Below are positions 37,717 to 46,446 of a DNA stretch of 64,000 nt, one piece after another. The translations under genes and the position numbers were made by a program. The stretch is from the IMG/VR virus record IMGVR_UViG_3300046787_000302, positions 64,001-128,000 of that record; one strand, written 5' to 3'. The stretch is from a virus. Its lineage: Duplodnaviria; Heunggongvirae; Uroviricota; Caudoviricetes. How positions within the stretch are numbered: position 1 is the stretch's first letter; the number at the start of each line of letters is the position of its first letter. Below the pieces are notes generated by a model that made no database searches, was not told the DNA's origin, and was given only the letters and a program-made list of their open reading frames with translations.

Positions 37717-38301
37717 CTAGTCATGAACGTATCCTGACGAGACTGCAACACCATCTGTGTCACGAAGACTCTCGATAGTTGAAGCTAATTCTGATACATG
37801 ATCTTTCATGATAAAGTACGTTGAGTTCTTCATATATCTGTATCCATCAAGACTACTCTTGAAGGTATTTGCATACATCTCTGTAGCATCAAGCACTTCT
37901 TTCCATGTGTAGTCTGGATACTTCTTGAAGAAGTCATTAAATCGTTTCTTTAAGTCTGTAGTACTAGTTCGTAATACTCTTCCTGATACAGCTCCCTTTG
38001 GGAAGTTGTCTCGGTAATCAAGCAACAGGTCCTCTAGCTGAGGATGTTTCATTTGGGTTGTGATAACTACTTTCTTTGTTGGCTCAATCTGAGCATAAAA
38101 GGTATCGATTATCTTAATCCCTGCCGGCGTTATAACTCCTTGTGGCGTCATCAGACCTTTAAGTATTAATGCTTTGTCAACATTAGGTTGGTCAATTAAG
38201 TCTGGAGGAGGTATAATACCCTTGTGTCTAAAGTCTAGATAGACAAACTGATTCAGTGTTAGACGGTTAAGAATCAGTGGTGTCCAGAGGTTTATTATCA
38301 T
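37717..38301 (-). CDS. Hypothetical protein, possible replication initiator/helicase loader
   Basis: First gene of the replication operon, directly upstream of DnaB; possible N-terminal winged helix. Function inferred from position only. Confidence 0.4.
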   Translation of the reverse strand: MIINLWTPLILNRLTLNQFVYLDFRHKGIIPPPDLIDQPNVDKALILKGLMTPQGVITPAGIKIIDTFYAQIEPTKKVVITTQMKHPQLEDLLLDYRDNFPKGAVSGRVLRTSTTDLKKRFNDFFKKYPDYTWKEVLDATEMYANTFKSSLDGYRYMKNSTYFIMKDHVSELASTIESLRDTDGVAVSSGYVHD

Positions 38302-38373
38302 AGGCTACTTTTGTTTAGGTTATTTGTTTATTATTTGATATATTATTATGTAGAGATATTCTATAAGGGGATG

Positions 38374-38404
38374 CAAATATACTTGTTTGTTTCATATCTC
38401 CAAA
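38374..38404 (-). promoter_or_regulatory. Bacteroidota sigma70 consensus promoter driving the replication operon
   Basis: Exact TTTG-N19-TATATTTG on the minus strand, in the divergent intergenic region. Confidence 0.75.
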
Positions 38405-38440
38405 CTACAGCTTAAACGATATTAAAACTCATTATATAAC

Positions 38441-38761
38441 ATGGCAAAACTAAAATACTATGCCCAGAAAGATGCATTAGGTTTTCCTATCCCTGGTACC
38501 ATGATGGCTACTACTGGCAAGGTTCCTGCTAATGCTTTGGCTATTCCTTCAGCTCTTCCAGCAAGCAATCAACCTGGAGGTCTGCGTTACTTTGTACGTA
38601 CAGATGTTAAAGGTAACATTATTCCTAACTCATTGATTGCAAGTATTAAACGACCAGCTGGTAATGTTGCTGAGTTTACTGAAGGAGCTACTGCTGCTTT
38701 ATTATTAACTGAAGCAGGTGACAGTTTAGTCTCTGAAAATAACGATATCATCATTTTATAA
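38441..38761 (+). CDS. Putative small virion structural protein
   Basis: C-terminal LLTEAGDSLVSENNDIIIL motif typical of phage fibre-associated proteins. Confidence 0.5.
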   Translation: MAKLKYYAQKDALGFPIPGTMMATTGKVPANALAIPSALPASNQPGGLRYFVRTDVKGNIIPNSLIASIKRPAGNVAEFTEGATAALLLTEAGDSLVSENNDIIIL

Positions 38762-38773
38762 TAACACACAAAC

Positions 38774-39886
38774 ATGGCAAACGTAAAGATAAGTCAATTA
38801 GCTTCTGCTGGTTCTTTAGCCGGAACAGAAGTATTACCGGTAGTCCAAGGTGGAACTACTAAAAAAGTAACCGTACAAGCTATTGCTGATTTAGCTGGTG
38901 GCGGAGGTTTACCTACATTTGGTGTTACAGCTAATGGTGTTTTAGGATCAGATTTGAATATATCATTTACCCCTAAAACATCAGTTCCTAGTAATTTAGG
39001 TGGAGGTACAAGTTATGATGCTATAGTAGGTCAATATGCTAATATTAACTTTAACGCTAGTGGTGGATATGGTGGATATGGTGGAGGAGGTGCTGTTACA
39101 ACAGCAACTAACATCGCTTTTAAATATCCATACTTCAATGACTGTAGTTTTAATGGATCAACAGTTGTAACTAGTTTCTCGTTTCCTGATACTTTATACA
39201 GTAGTGGTAGCATGACTGGATTTCAGTTTGCTGGTAGTGCGTTAACATCGATTAGTCTTCCTAAACTAATTGAAGCATATGGTATTAATATTAGCAGTAC
39301 TCCTTCTTTAACAACTTTTTCTTGTCCTTCTTTAGTTAAGTTTACAGGATACAGTGGTTTATATATAGCAATGTCATTTACTGGCTTAACAAGTATTACA
39401 TCAGCAAACTTTCCAGTTTTAGATGAGTACAAGTTTCAAATTTATGAACCAGGATACATTACAACTATAAACTTACCTTCTGTAACAAAAGTTACTGGTC
39501 ATACCTTTTACTCAAATGGTTCATTAGGAGCATCTGTATTAAGTTCATTTATACTACCGAATGTAGTTAAACATGAGCAGACTGTCTTTAATCTAGATAG
39601 TCATAGTCAATTAACGACTATTACATTAGGAACCATTGGTACGTTAAAGAGCTTTGGTAATAGTTATTCTCCTGTTTACTTATATCTACAAAACAATGCT
39701 TTAAATCAAGCATCAGTAGATGGCGTTTTAACATTAATAGCTAGTCTAGATGGTACAAATGGTACTACGGGTGCTTATAATGGTTTAATAAACTTACATG
39801 GAGGTACTAACGCAGCTCCTTCTCAAGCAGGTTTAGATGCTAAAACTATCTTGTTAGGAAGAGGGTTTACGATCACCCATAATTAA
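38774..39886 (+). CDS. Tail fibre/adhesin-like protein with leucine-rich-repeat-like solenoid
   Basis: N-terminal MANVKISQL...EVLPVVQGGTTKK fibre-attachment motif; repeated xLPxL/V units (SLPKL, CPSL, FPVL, NLPSV, ILPNV). Confidence 0.6.
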   Translation: MANVKISQLASAGSLAGTEVLPVVQGGTTKKVTVQAIADLAGGGGLPTFGVTANGVLGSDLNISFTPKTSVPSNLGGGTSYDAIVGQYANINFNASGGYGGYGGGGAVTTATNIAFKYPYFNDCSFNGSTVVTSFSFPDTLYSSGSMTGFQFAGSALTSISLPKLIEAYGINISSTPSLTTFSCPSLVKFTGYSGLYIAMSFTGLTSITSANFPVLDEYKFQIYEPGYITTINLPSVTKVTGHTFYSNGSLGASVLSSFILPNVVKHEQTVFNLDSHSQLTTITLGTIGTLKSFGNSYSPVYLYLQNNALNQASVDGVLTLIASLDGTNGTTGAYNGLINLHGGTNAAPSQAGLDAKTILLGRGFTITHN

Positions 39887-39916
39887 TATTAATCAACATA
39901 TAACTAAGACATAGAC

Positions 39917-40150
39917 ATGTATATTCAAGCAGATGAAAACGGAATCAAAACTGTACCAGCAACTAAAAGCTGGAGATTGATTTATAATAACGGTTTAGTA
40001 ATCGATCTTTCAGAATGTGAAGTACTTACTGAGACTGGTGGTACGACACAAGTATTTGTTGCAGCAACTAAAGCAGAATGTGACGCAGAGGTTCTCCGTT
40101 TAGATTTAGAGTTACCAGCACATTTACAACCACAAGTTGAAGAAGCTTAA
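39917..40150 (+). CDS. Hypothetical protein (77 aa), possible fibre chaperone
   Basis: Small acidic ORF immediately after the fibre gene. Confidence 0.5.
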   Translation: MYIQADENGIKTVPATKSWRLIYNNGLVIDLSECEVLTETGGTTQVFVAATKAECDAEVLRLDLELPAHLQPQVEEA

Positions 40151-40800
40151 TGATTTATAACAAGTCCCGTTGTTACGGTAGTATCAGAGGTATCCCTCTT
40201 GTTTTTGAAGACTTAGAGTCATCTGATACAATAAAGATCGTAACAACGGAGCTTGAAACAGATTACTATGGCTTAGAAAGAATAAAGCTTTCACCAAACG
40301 ATACAGTAATCGATATAGGGGGAAACATTGGTATGTTTTCGATCTACGTTAAAAAGAAGTTTGGTTGTAGAGTCATTGCTTTTGAACCAGTGCCAATGAA
40401 CTATGAGCAGTTTAAGCAGAATATGCTACTAAACGGCTTGTCTTTAGATGATATTGAGCTACATAACCTAGCCATAACGGATAAAGAAGGAGATGCGATA
40501 AAGATCAGTACTCCTCCAGGTAATACCGGAGCTTCTTCAGCGTATCATCAGACAGGTATTACATCTGTTTGCCCGACAGAAACGATAGATAAGTATATCA
40601 CTGCTAATTGTGCTTATTTAAAGATAGACTGTGAAGGAGCTGAGTACCAGATTATTCCTGGTATACTGGATAAGATCAAGGATGTTAAGCACATCGGTAT
40701 AGAGTATCATAGTCTTGCTGAAGGGCAAGATCCTAAAGCGTTACACAGGTTACTGCGTAATAACTTTAAGGGGTCTATTTTCTACCGGAACTATGAGTAA
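40150..40800 (+). CDS. FkbM-family SAM-dependent methyltransferase
   Basis: VIDIGGNIG, AFEP and LKIDCEGAE motifs. Confidence 0.9.
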   Translation: MIYNKSRCYGSIRGIPLVFEDLESSDTIKIVTTELETDYYGLERIKLSPNDTVIDIGGNIGMFSIYVKKKFGCRVIAFEPVPMNYEQFKQNMLLNGLSLDDIELHNLAITDKEGDAIKISTPPGNTGASSAYHQTGITSVCPTETIDKYITANCAYLKIDCEGAEYQIIPGILDKIKDVKHIGIEYHSLAEGQDPKALHRLLRNNFKGSIFYRNYE

Positions 40801-41329
40801 GATTATACATCAGATCTGGGTAGGTCCTAACGAGATGGCAATAAGGGAAAGACGTTGCTGCAGGTTGATAAAGAGCATGAATCCTTCTTGGGAATACATG
40901 TTCTGGACTGATGAAAACGTTCCGCAGCTACCTGAAGAGATACAGAAAGTATACGACTTCTTTGGAGAAACAAAACAGTATACGTTTCAAGCTGACGTGT
41001 TAAGATTATTCCTGGTAAAAGAGTACGGTGGTCTCTATGTCGATGTCGATTTTGAACCACATGCATCTTTTGATGGTATAGAAAATCTAGATGATTTGTT
41101 TTTAACCTGGGGACTTAATCAGGAACGGATGCTCAACGGTGCTTTTTTTGCTACAAGAGAACATCCTGCAGTTATTGATCTGTGTAATAAAGTAAATATT
41201 AGAACACACTTCTACGGACCTGATTGGTACGGTAAGAACCTACTTCAACATAAAGTTAATACCATGAGCTTTGATGACTTTCAAACTAAGTATGCAATAC
41301 ATCATCACTTAAACTCATGGTTAACATAA
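40793..41329 (+). CDS. DXD glycosyltransferase (GT32/Gly_transf_sug-like); start re-called at 40793 (MSKIIHQIW)
   Basis: KIIHQIW, ADVLRL, GGLYVDVD motifs; the ATG at 40793 overlaps the FkbM stop. Confidence 0.85.
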   Translation: MSKIIHQIWVGPNEMAIRERRCCRLIKSMNPSWEYMFWTDENVPQLPEEIQKVYDFFGETKQYTFQADVLRLFLVKEYGGLYVDVDFEPHASFDGIENLDDLFLTWGLNQERMLNGAFFATREHPAVIDLCNKVNIRTHFYGPDWYGKNLLQHKVNTMSFDDFQTKYAIHHHLNSWLT

Positions 41330-41347
41330 GCTAAATAGTAAGAATAA

Positions 41348-41674
41348 ATGGCACCTAAGAACGACTCGTTTCAAGCATTTAAAAACTGGATCTTTCCAGG
41401 ACTAGTATCAATCCTTGGCATGCTGATATGGCAAGATGTCTCTGAGATTAAATCAGACGTCAAGGCCCTTATGGCTCAGTCTAATATAGATAAGACAAGG
41501 ATAGACAATCTTGAACGAGTAGTTTATACAGGTAAGCATACAATAGTAAAACTAAGTACCCCAATACCACCAAACAAGTTACCTTCTCAGGTATTTTATC
41601 ATGAGATGGTAGCTATAAAACCTACCCACGATGATGAAGACAACAGAAAAAACAAGCTTTTGGACGATATTTAA
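41348..41674 (+). CDS. Putative holin-like/membrane protein
   Basis: One N-terminal TM helix followed by a coiled coil; upstream of the endolysin. Confidence 0.45.
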   Translation: MAPKNDSFQAFKNWIFPGLVSILGMLIWQDVSEIKSDVKALMAQSNIDKTRIDNLERVVYTGKHTIVKLSTPIPPNKLPSQVFYHEMVAIKPTHDDEDNRKNKLLDDI

Positions 41675-41918
41675 AGACAACAATGACTGGAATGAAAAGT
41701 CAGTAGTTGGTTTTATGTCGTTTGCAGTAATGGTATTAGCTATGACTGTAGATTTAGTAACAGGTTATTTAGGTCAAGAGTTACTTATAAACGATTACAT
41801 CTTTAACGCTTTTGCTATTATTACACTTGGTTCTTTTGGTATCTCTGGTGCTGAAAACATCATGGGCAAGAAGACAAAAGACTCTAAACAAGAGGAAGAT
41901 GTTCACATGGAAGGATAA
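41631..41918 (+). CDS. Putative holin (2 TM)
   Basis: Two hydrophobic helices and a charged C-tail; in the lysis cassette. Confidence 0.55.
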   Translation: MMKTTEKTSFWTIFKDNNDWNEKSVVGFMSFAVMVLAMTVDLVTGYLGQELLINDYIFNAFAIITLGSFGISGAENIMGKKTKDSKQEEDVHMEG

Positions 41919-42535
41919 TGAAAAATATAGTTATCGTCGCTATTATTATTATAGCGTTTTTTGTAGTTCTGACCCAGCGAGGATGTATGGGTCACTCAAG
42001 TAGTAAAGGTCCGGATACTGTTATAGTAACTGACACTCAATGGCAGAAGCATGATAGTCTTATCATTAAGCCAGTTCCTGTACCCTATGAGGTACAAGTA
42101 CCATTCGAAGTACTAAACACTCAATATAAAGCTGACACTGCTTATCCTGTATTGAAACAACAATACGAAGACTTAGCAAAGCGGTATGCATCAAGACGTA
42201 TCTATGTTGATAGTGTTCATGTTGGACAACATGGCCATATACGTATTACAGATACTGTTACTGAAAACAAGTTAGTTGGACGTAGCTTTAAAGAGAACTA
42301 TAAGATACCAATCATAAAAGAAACTAAAACCATAACTAAGTATCATGATCCTGTACGACAACTCTATGCTGGTGGTGGTATTAACCTTACTAGCGGGGGT
42401 AATGTCAGAGGTGCTGAGGGTGGTATTCTATACAAGACAAAGAAAGATCAGATCATTGGTGCGAAAGTCAACATTGGTATTGACGGTACGACCTCTTTTG
42501 GTGTACAGACGTATTTTAAGATCGGTAAGAAGTAA
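41918..42535 (+). CDS. Putative spanin-like envelope protein
   Basis: N-terminal hydrophobic anchor ending RGC; DT/DS-rich middle; C-terminal amphipathic beta-strands; lysis cassette position. Confidence 0.4.
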   Translation: MKNIVIVAIIIIAFFVVLTQRGCMGHSSSKGPDTVIVTDTQWQKHDSLIIKPVPVPYEVQVPFEVLNTQYKADTAYPVLKQQYEDLAKRYASRRIYVDSVHVGQHGHIRITDTVTENKLVGRSFKENYKIPIIKETKTITKYHDPVRQLYAGGGINLTSGGNVRGAEGGILYKTKKDQIIGAKVNIGIDGTTSFGVQTYFKIGKK

Positions 42536-42556
42536 TCAACCAAACAAATAAACCAT

Positions 42557-42745
42557 ATGAGTATCATTTCATTTATTACTGGACTATTCAAACGTTCAAA
42601 GAAGGCAGTCGCTCAAGAGATCGAGCCTATTGTAGAAGCAGTTAAAGAAGAGATCGTTGAGATTTCTGACGCTGTTGCAGAAGCTATTGCTGAAGAAGCA
42701 GTTGTCAAACCTAAAAAGCGTTACTACAAGCGCAAAAAGAAGTAA
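42557..42745 (+). CDS. Small hypothetical protein (amphipathic N-terminus, acidic core, basic tail)
   Basis: 62-aa ORF with an A/C-rich leader. Confidence 0.55.
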   Translation: MSIISFITGLFKRSKKAVAQEIEPIVEAVKEEIVEISDAVAEAIAEEAVVKPKKRYYKRKKK

Positions 42746-42768
42746 AAATCACCTAACCACTATATAAT

Positions 42769-43614
42769 ATGTTATTAAGACTAGGATCTGAAGGAGAAGA
42801 CGTAAAGAAACTCCAGCAGTTTTTAGGTGTTGATGTTGTTGGTAAGTTTGGACCAAAGACAGATGCTGCTGTAAAAGCTTGGCAATCTGCTCATGGTCTT
42901 ACTGCTGATGGTGTTGTTGGTCCTGGAACCTGGGCTAAGATGTTTCCTAGTTCTACACCAACTCCAGCACCTGTGCAGCAACCTGTTGCACAAAGCACTT
43001 CATCATCTTTATTTAGACTAGATAAACTTAAGGGACATGTTCCTCAAGCTGTTATCGATGCTATACCTGATACTGCAGCAAAGTTTAATATCACTACGCC
43101 GTTACGCCTAGCACATTTTTTGGCTCAGTGCGGTCACGAGTCTGGTGGCTTTAGAGCTACACAAGAGAATCTTAACTACTCAGCAAAAGGATTGCGTGGT
43201 ATTTTCAAGAAGTACTTCCCAACGGATGCTATTGCAGCAGCTTATCAACGTAACCCACAGAAGATTGCAAACAAAGTGTATGCATCTCGTATGGGTAATG
43301 GTCCTGAGTCATCAGGAGAAGGGTATAAGTTTCGTGGTAGAGGATATATCCAGTTAACAGGTAAAGAAAACTATACTCGTTTTAGTGCTACAGTTCCTGA
43401 AGATACAGTTGCAAACCCAGACTTAGTTGCTGGTAAGTATGCTTTAGCTTCAGCAGCTTTCTTCTTTAACAGTAATAAGCTATGGACTATCTGTGATAGA
43501 GGAGCTGATGCAGCAACAGTAACAGCTGTAACAAAACGTGTTAATGGCGGAACTATTGGTTTACAAGACCGTATCAAGCATTTTAAAGAATACTATCACT
43601 TATTAACATCATAA
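42769..43614 (+). CDS. Endolysin: peptidoglycan-binding domain + GH19 catalytic domain
   Basis: PG_binding_1-like (LQQFLG...GKFGPKT..AVKAWQ..HGL.ADGVVGPGTW); GH19 AHFLAQCGHESGGF, FRGRGYIQLTG, VNGG..GL.DR. Confidence 0.93.
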   Translation: MLLRLGSEGEDVKKLQQFLGVDVVGKFGPKTDAAVKAWQSAHGLTADGVVGPGTWAKMFPSSTPTPAPVQQPVAQSTSSSLFRLDKLKGHVPQAVIDAIPDTAAKFNITTPLRLAHFLAQCGHESGGFRATQENLNYSAKGLRGIFKKYFPTDAIAAAYQRNPQKIANKVYASRMGNGPESSGEGYKFRGRGYIQLTGKENYTRFSATVPEDTVANPDLVAGKYALASAAFFFNSNKLWTICDRGADAATVTAVTKRVNGGTIGLQDRIKHFKEYYHLLTS

Positions 43615-43617
43615 ACC

Positions 43618-43749
43618 ATGGCAAAAGCAAAAGGATCGTCTGAAGCAAAGAAGATTGTATTTGGTACAAGACGTAAAGGAAAACACTCAAAGACTGCTGG
43701 ACCAAAGGCAAAAGCAGTAAAGAAGAGTTATCGTGGGCAAGGACGTTAA
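43618..43749 (+). CDS. Small very basic protein (43 aa; not in ORF track)
   Basis: Translated by hand: MAKAKGSSEAKKIVFGTRRKGKHSKTAGPKAKAVKKSYRGQGR; starts 3 nt after the endolysin stop. Confidence 0.6.
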   Translation: MAKAKGSSEAKKIVFGTRRKGKHSKTAGPKAKAVKKSYRGQGR

Positions 43750-43781
43750 TCGTCCTTTTTCCATGTTTAAACAATAAGCAC

Positions 43782-44315
43782 ATGAAAGCATTATTATTTG
43801 TTGTCTGGAGTATCATAGCTTCTGCATTATCTATACAGAGTTACTTTATATACTCACACTTTTTTGCTCCACAGAACATAGTTAACTTACTAGGTCCAGG
43901 TGAGAGCATTAATGTTTCTTCAGTTGAGAATAAGATTGTTATGGGTTCATTAGCAGGTAATCGTAATCTTGCTTTTGGTGTTAAGAATATCATGGAAGAG
44001 TTCTTACAAGAACAGGAGTATGTTATTAATCCTTATGCTAGTAAGAAGATTGAGATCGAGATAGTTTATCTTGATGTATTAAAGACTCAGTCTAACTTAT
44101 CTGTGTTTCATCGTAATACAGATGCTGTAGTTATACGGATGAAAGGTAAGTTAATAGAAGATGACAAAGTAAAGAAGACTGTTATAGTCGAAGAGTCTGC
44201 TGAGGAGATATCAATGGCTGCACTAGTAATAGATGAAGGTGGTAAGTTTAACCAAACTAATCTATCATCAGCCCTGAAAAAATCTTGTGATACACTAATC
44301 AAAAAACTATTATAA
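43782..44315 (+). CDS. Membrane-anchored/secreted protein, possibly a CsgG/LptE-like alpha/beta fold
   Basis: Hydrophobic N-terminus; strand-helix (GVKNIMEEFLQE)-strands-terminal helix (SSALKKSC) order parallels the 47327 protein. Confidence 0.45.
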   Translation: MKALLFVVWSIIASALSIQSYFIYSHFFAPQNIVNLLGPGESINVSSVENKIVMGSLAGNRNLAFGVKNIMEEFLQEQEYVINPYASKKIEIEIVYLDVLKTQSNLSVFHRNTDAVVIRMKGKLIEDDKVKKTVIVEESAEEISMAALVIDEGGKFNQTNLSSALKKSCDTLIKKLL

Positions 44316-46066
44316 TGAAGAAGCTTCTTTTGTTTTTTATACTCTTTGTGAGTTATACATCTTATAGTCAGAACAATATACAACTAAGATTACACAACGA
44401 TTCCACTTCAACAAATACTGTTGGTACTGTTATTAATAAAGGAGACGATTTTATAGTAACTGTAAAAGCAAAAGGTAATGGTAACACAACTGCTAGATCA
44501 CTTTATTTCGACTTTGAGTATCAAAACACAGCGTTTGAGCTACTTGATGTTACAAATACGGGAACAGGTGGCAACGGTGGGATACTTCCTTACGGTTCTA
44601 GTATTACTATGGACTGGTATACTTATCCTGGGTATACGTGGGTATCTTCACAACAGAATACCACTGCAAACGGTAATAGTAATTATAGTAATTCTGCTTA
44701 TTCTTTTACGGCTGGTGGACCTAAAACTATTCTTAGGGTCTATTTAAACTGGGCTACACCAAACGGTATGCCTTATGACAACTATGACGATTTAATACGT
44801 CTTAAGTTTAAGTTAAAGACTACAGCTCCAGGGTATGCATGGGATCCTATTAAGATGAACTTTGCTGCAGCATTTAATCAAGATGGTTCTACTGGTGCCA
44901 CAGAGATGACAATACCTTTAACAAGTGTTATCTATCTTGATCCTACAGCAACTAAGTATGTTAACGCAACTATAGAAACAAACAGTAACATTGATGCTTT
45001 TACATTACATCGTGTAGTGTTTATTAATACTACAACAAATATCGGTATTACTGCTGATGCAACAAGTAATGGAACTATAAATATCGATCAGTCAAGACTA
45101 GAACCTAATACTGACTATAAGGTCATGATGATGGTTAACATGGATAGCATGTATAACTTATATAATGCTGCTGTTACTGTCTCTGATTATACTACAGCTC
45201 AAGCAGAGTATGTAAAACAAAACTTAGACGGAACCTTCAAAGGAGAATCTATCATCACTGGTGCTGGATATCTAGCTGCAGACGTTAATAGAAACAAAGT
45301 ATTTGACGGTGGTGACTTAACTAAACTATACTCTCAAGTTGTTGGTGTTGATAAGTTAGTTACATTACCAACTCAGTACACTGCAGGTACAGATCAGTAT
45401 ATGTCAGTACCAACGTTTACAGATAGTACATTCAATGCGTTGACAACAACAAACTGGAAAGACATTACAAACAGTTATGTTACTTTTAGAACTGGTCTTA
45501 TAGGGCAGAATAAGCCCTTAAAGCTTAAGTTCTTAATCCCAGGAGATATCAATCGTTCACACTCATCTCAGATGGTTATAAACGGTTCTATTGCAACAAA
45601 CGCTGTTGTATCTTTAAACAAGACAATGAATAGAACAGTTGCTGTATCAAAGATCAATGTTAGTCTTGCTAACCAGACTCTAACATCTAATACTATTGAG
45701 ATACCAATAAAGGTAAACACAAACGGTAATAAGTTATCCGGTCTTCAGTTTGAGTTTAAGTACAATCCTGCTAGTATTCAGTTTGAAGAGATCATGAATG
45801 AGATGCCAAATACATGGTATGCTTTTGCAGATAATACAAAACCTGGTACTATTCGCTTTGGTGCTTTAGATAAGGCGTTAAACTCATCTGTTACAGGAGA
45901 GCTAATACCATTCAAGCTTAAGTTTAAAGCTTTGACAAATGGTCTAGATATGAATACCTTGATTAAAGTAAGTCCTGTAATGGATGCTTCATCAAGCACA
46001 GGTTCTCAGTTAGGTATTACACTAAACGCTGATACTATCAAGATTACAGGATACAACAACTTTTAA
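44315..46066 (+). CDS. Secreted protein with two cohesin-like domains and a dockerin/EF-hand-like loop
   Basis: Sec signal MKKLLLFFILF..; GDDFIVTV...LYFDFEYQNTAFEL and IEIPIKV...SGLQFEFKYNP..IQF cohesin-like patterns; AADVNRNKVFDGGD Ca-binding loop. Confidence 0.65.
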   Translation: MKKLLLFFILFVSYTSYSQNNIQLRLHNDSTSTNTVGTVINKGDDFIVTVKAKGNGNTTARSLYFDFEYQNTAFELLDVTNTGTGGNGGILPYGSSITMDWYTYPGYTWVSSQQNTTANGNSNYSNSAYSFTAGGPKTILRVYLNWATPNGMPYDNYDDLIRLKFKLKTTAPGYAWDPIKMNFAAAFNQDGSTGATEMTIPLTSVIYLDPTATKYVNATIETNSNIDAFTLHRVVFINTTTNIGITADATSNGTINIDQSRLEPNTDYKVMMMVNMDSMYNLYNAAVTVSDYTTAQAEYVKQNLDGTFKGESIITGAGYLAADVNRNKVFDGGDLTKLYSQVVGVDKLVTLPTQYTAGTDQYMSVPTFTDSTFNALTTTNWKDITNSYVTFRTGLIGQNKPLKLKFLIPGDINRSHSSQMVINGSIATNAVVSLNKTMNRTVAVSKINVSLANQTLTSNTIEIPIKVNTNGNKLSGLQFEFKYNPASIQFEEIMNEMPNTWYAFADNTKPGTIRFGALDKALNSSVTGELIPFKLKFKALTNGLDMNTLIKVSPVMDASSSTGSQLGITLNADTIKITGYNNF

Positions 46067-46078
46067 TACCTAACCCAT

Positions 46079-46441
46079 ATGAAAAACACATTAGTATTAT
46101 TACTGATCTTAACTATTGCTTTTGCATGTTCTGATCTTGAAGAGTTTGAGAATGCTCCAATAAATCTAGGTGCAAAATCAACATCAACAGAAATATTAAG
46201 CGCAACATCAACTGGAGGTAAGGTTACAGCACTATTTGCTATTACTCCAGGAGCTAAGTACTCAGTACAAGTATATTCTTTTGCTGCTATTGAGCCAGTA
46301 AAGTCTTTACCTTTAACAGCTGAGACAGAGATTACTACAAGAATCTATGACTTTAGCGACTTACCAGACGGTCTATATGACTTAACACTAACAGACGTAG
46401 CTGGTGTATCAACAAGAAAACCTATAATAATTAAACGATAA
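46079..46441 (+). CDS. Lipoprotein whose mature part resembles a T9SS type-A C-terminal domain
   Basis: Lipobox IAFA-C; YSVQVYS...YDFSDLPDGLYDLTL...RKPIIIK resembles the T9SS CTD consensus. Confidence 0.55.
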   Translation: MKNTLVLLLILTIAFACSDLEEFENAPINLGAKSTSTEILSATSTGGKVTALFAITPGAKYSVQVYSFAAIEPVKSLPLTAETEITTRIYDFSDLPDGLYDLTLTDVAGVSTRKPIIIKR

Positions 46442-46446
46442 ACAAG

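Noticed and set aside
38774-39886. Diversity-generating retroelement targeting the fibre gene
   Set aside because: No reverse transcriptase and no template/variable repeat pair in the window.
40715-40792. N-terminal extension of the glycosyltransferase given in the ORF track
   Set aside because: It overlaps FkbM by 86 nt, and the family motif begins at MSKIIHQIW (40793), which couples to the FkbM stop.
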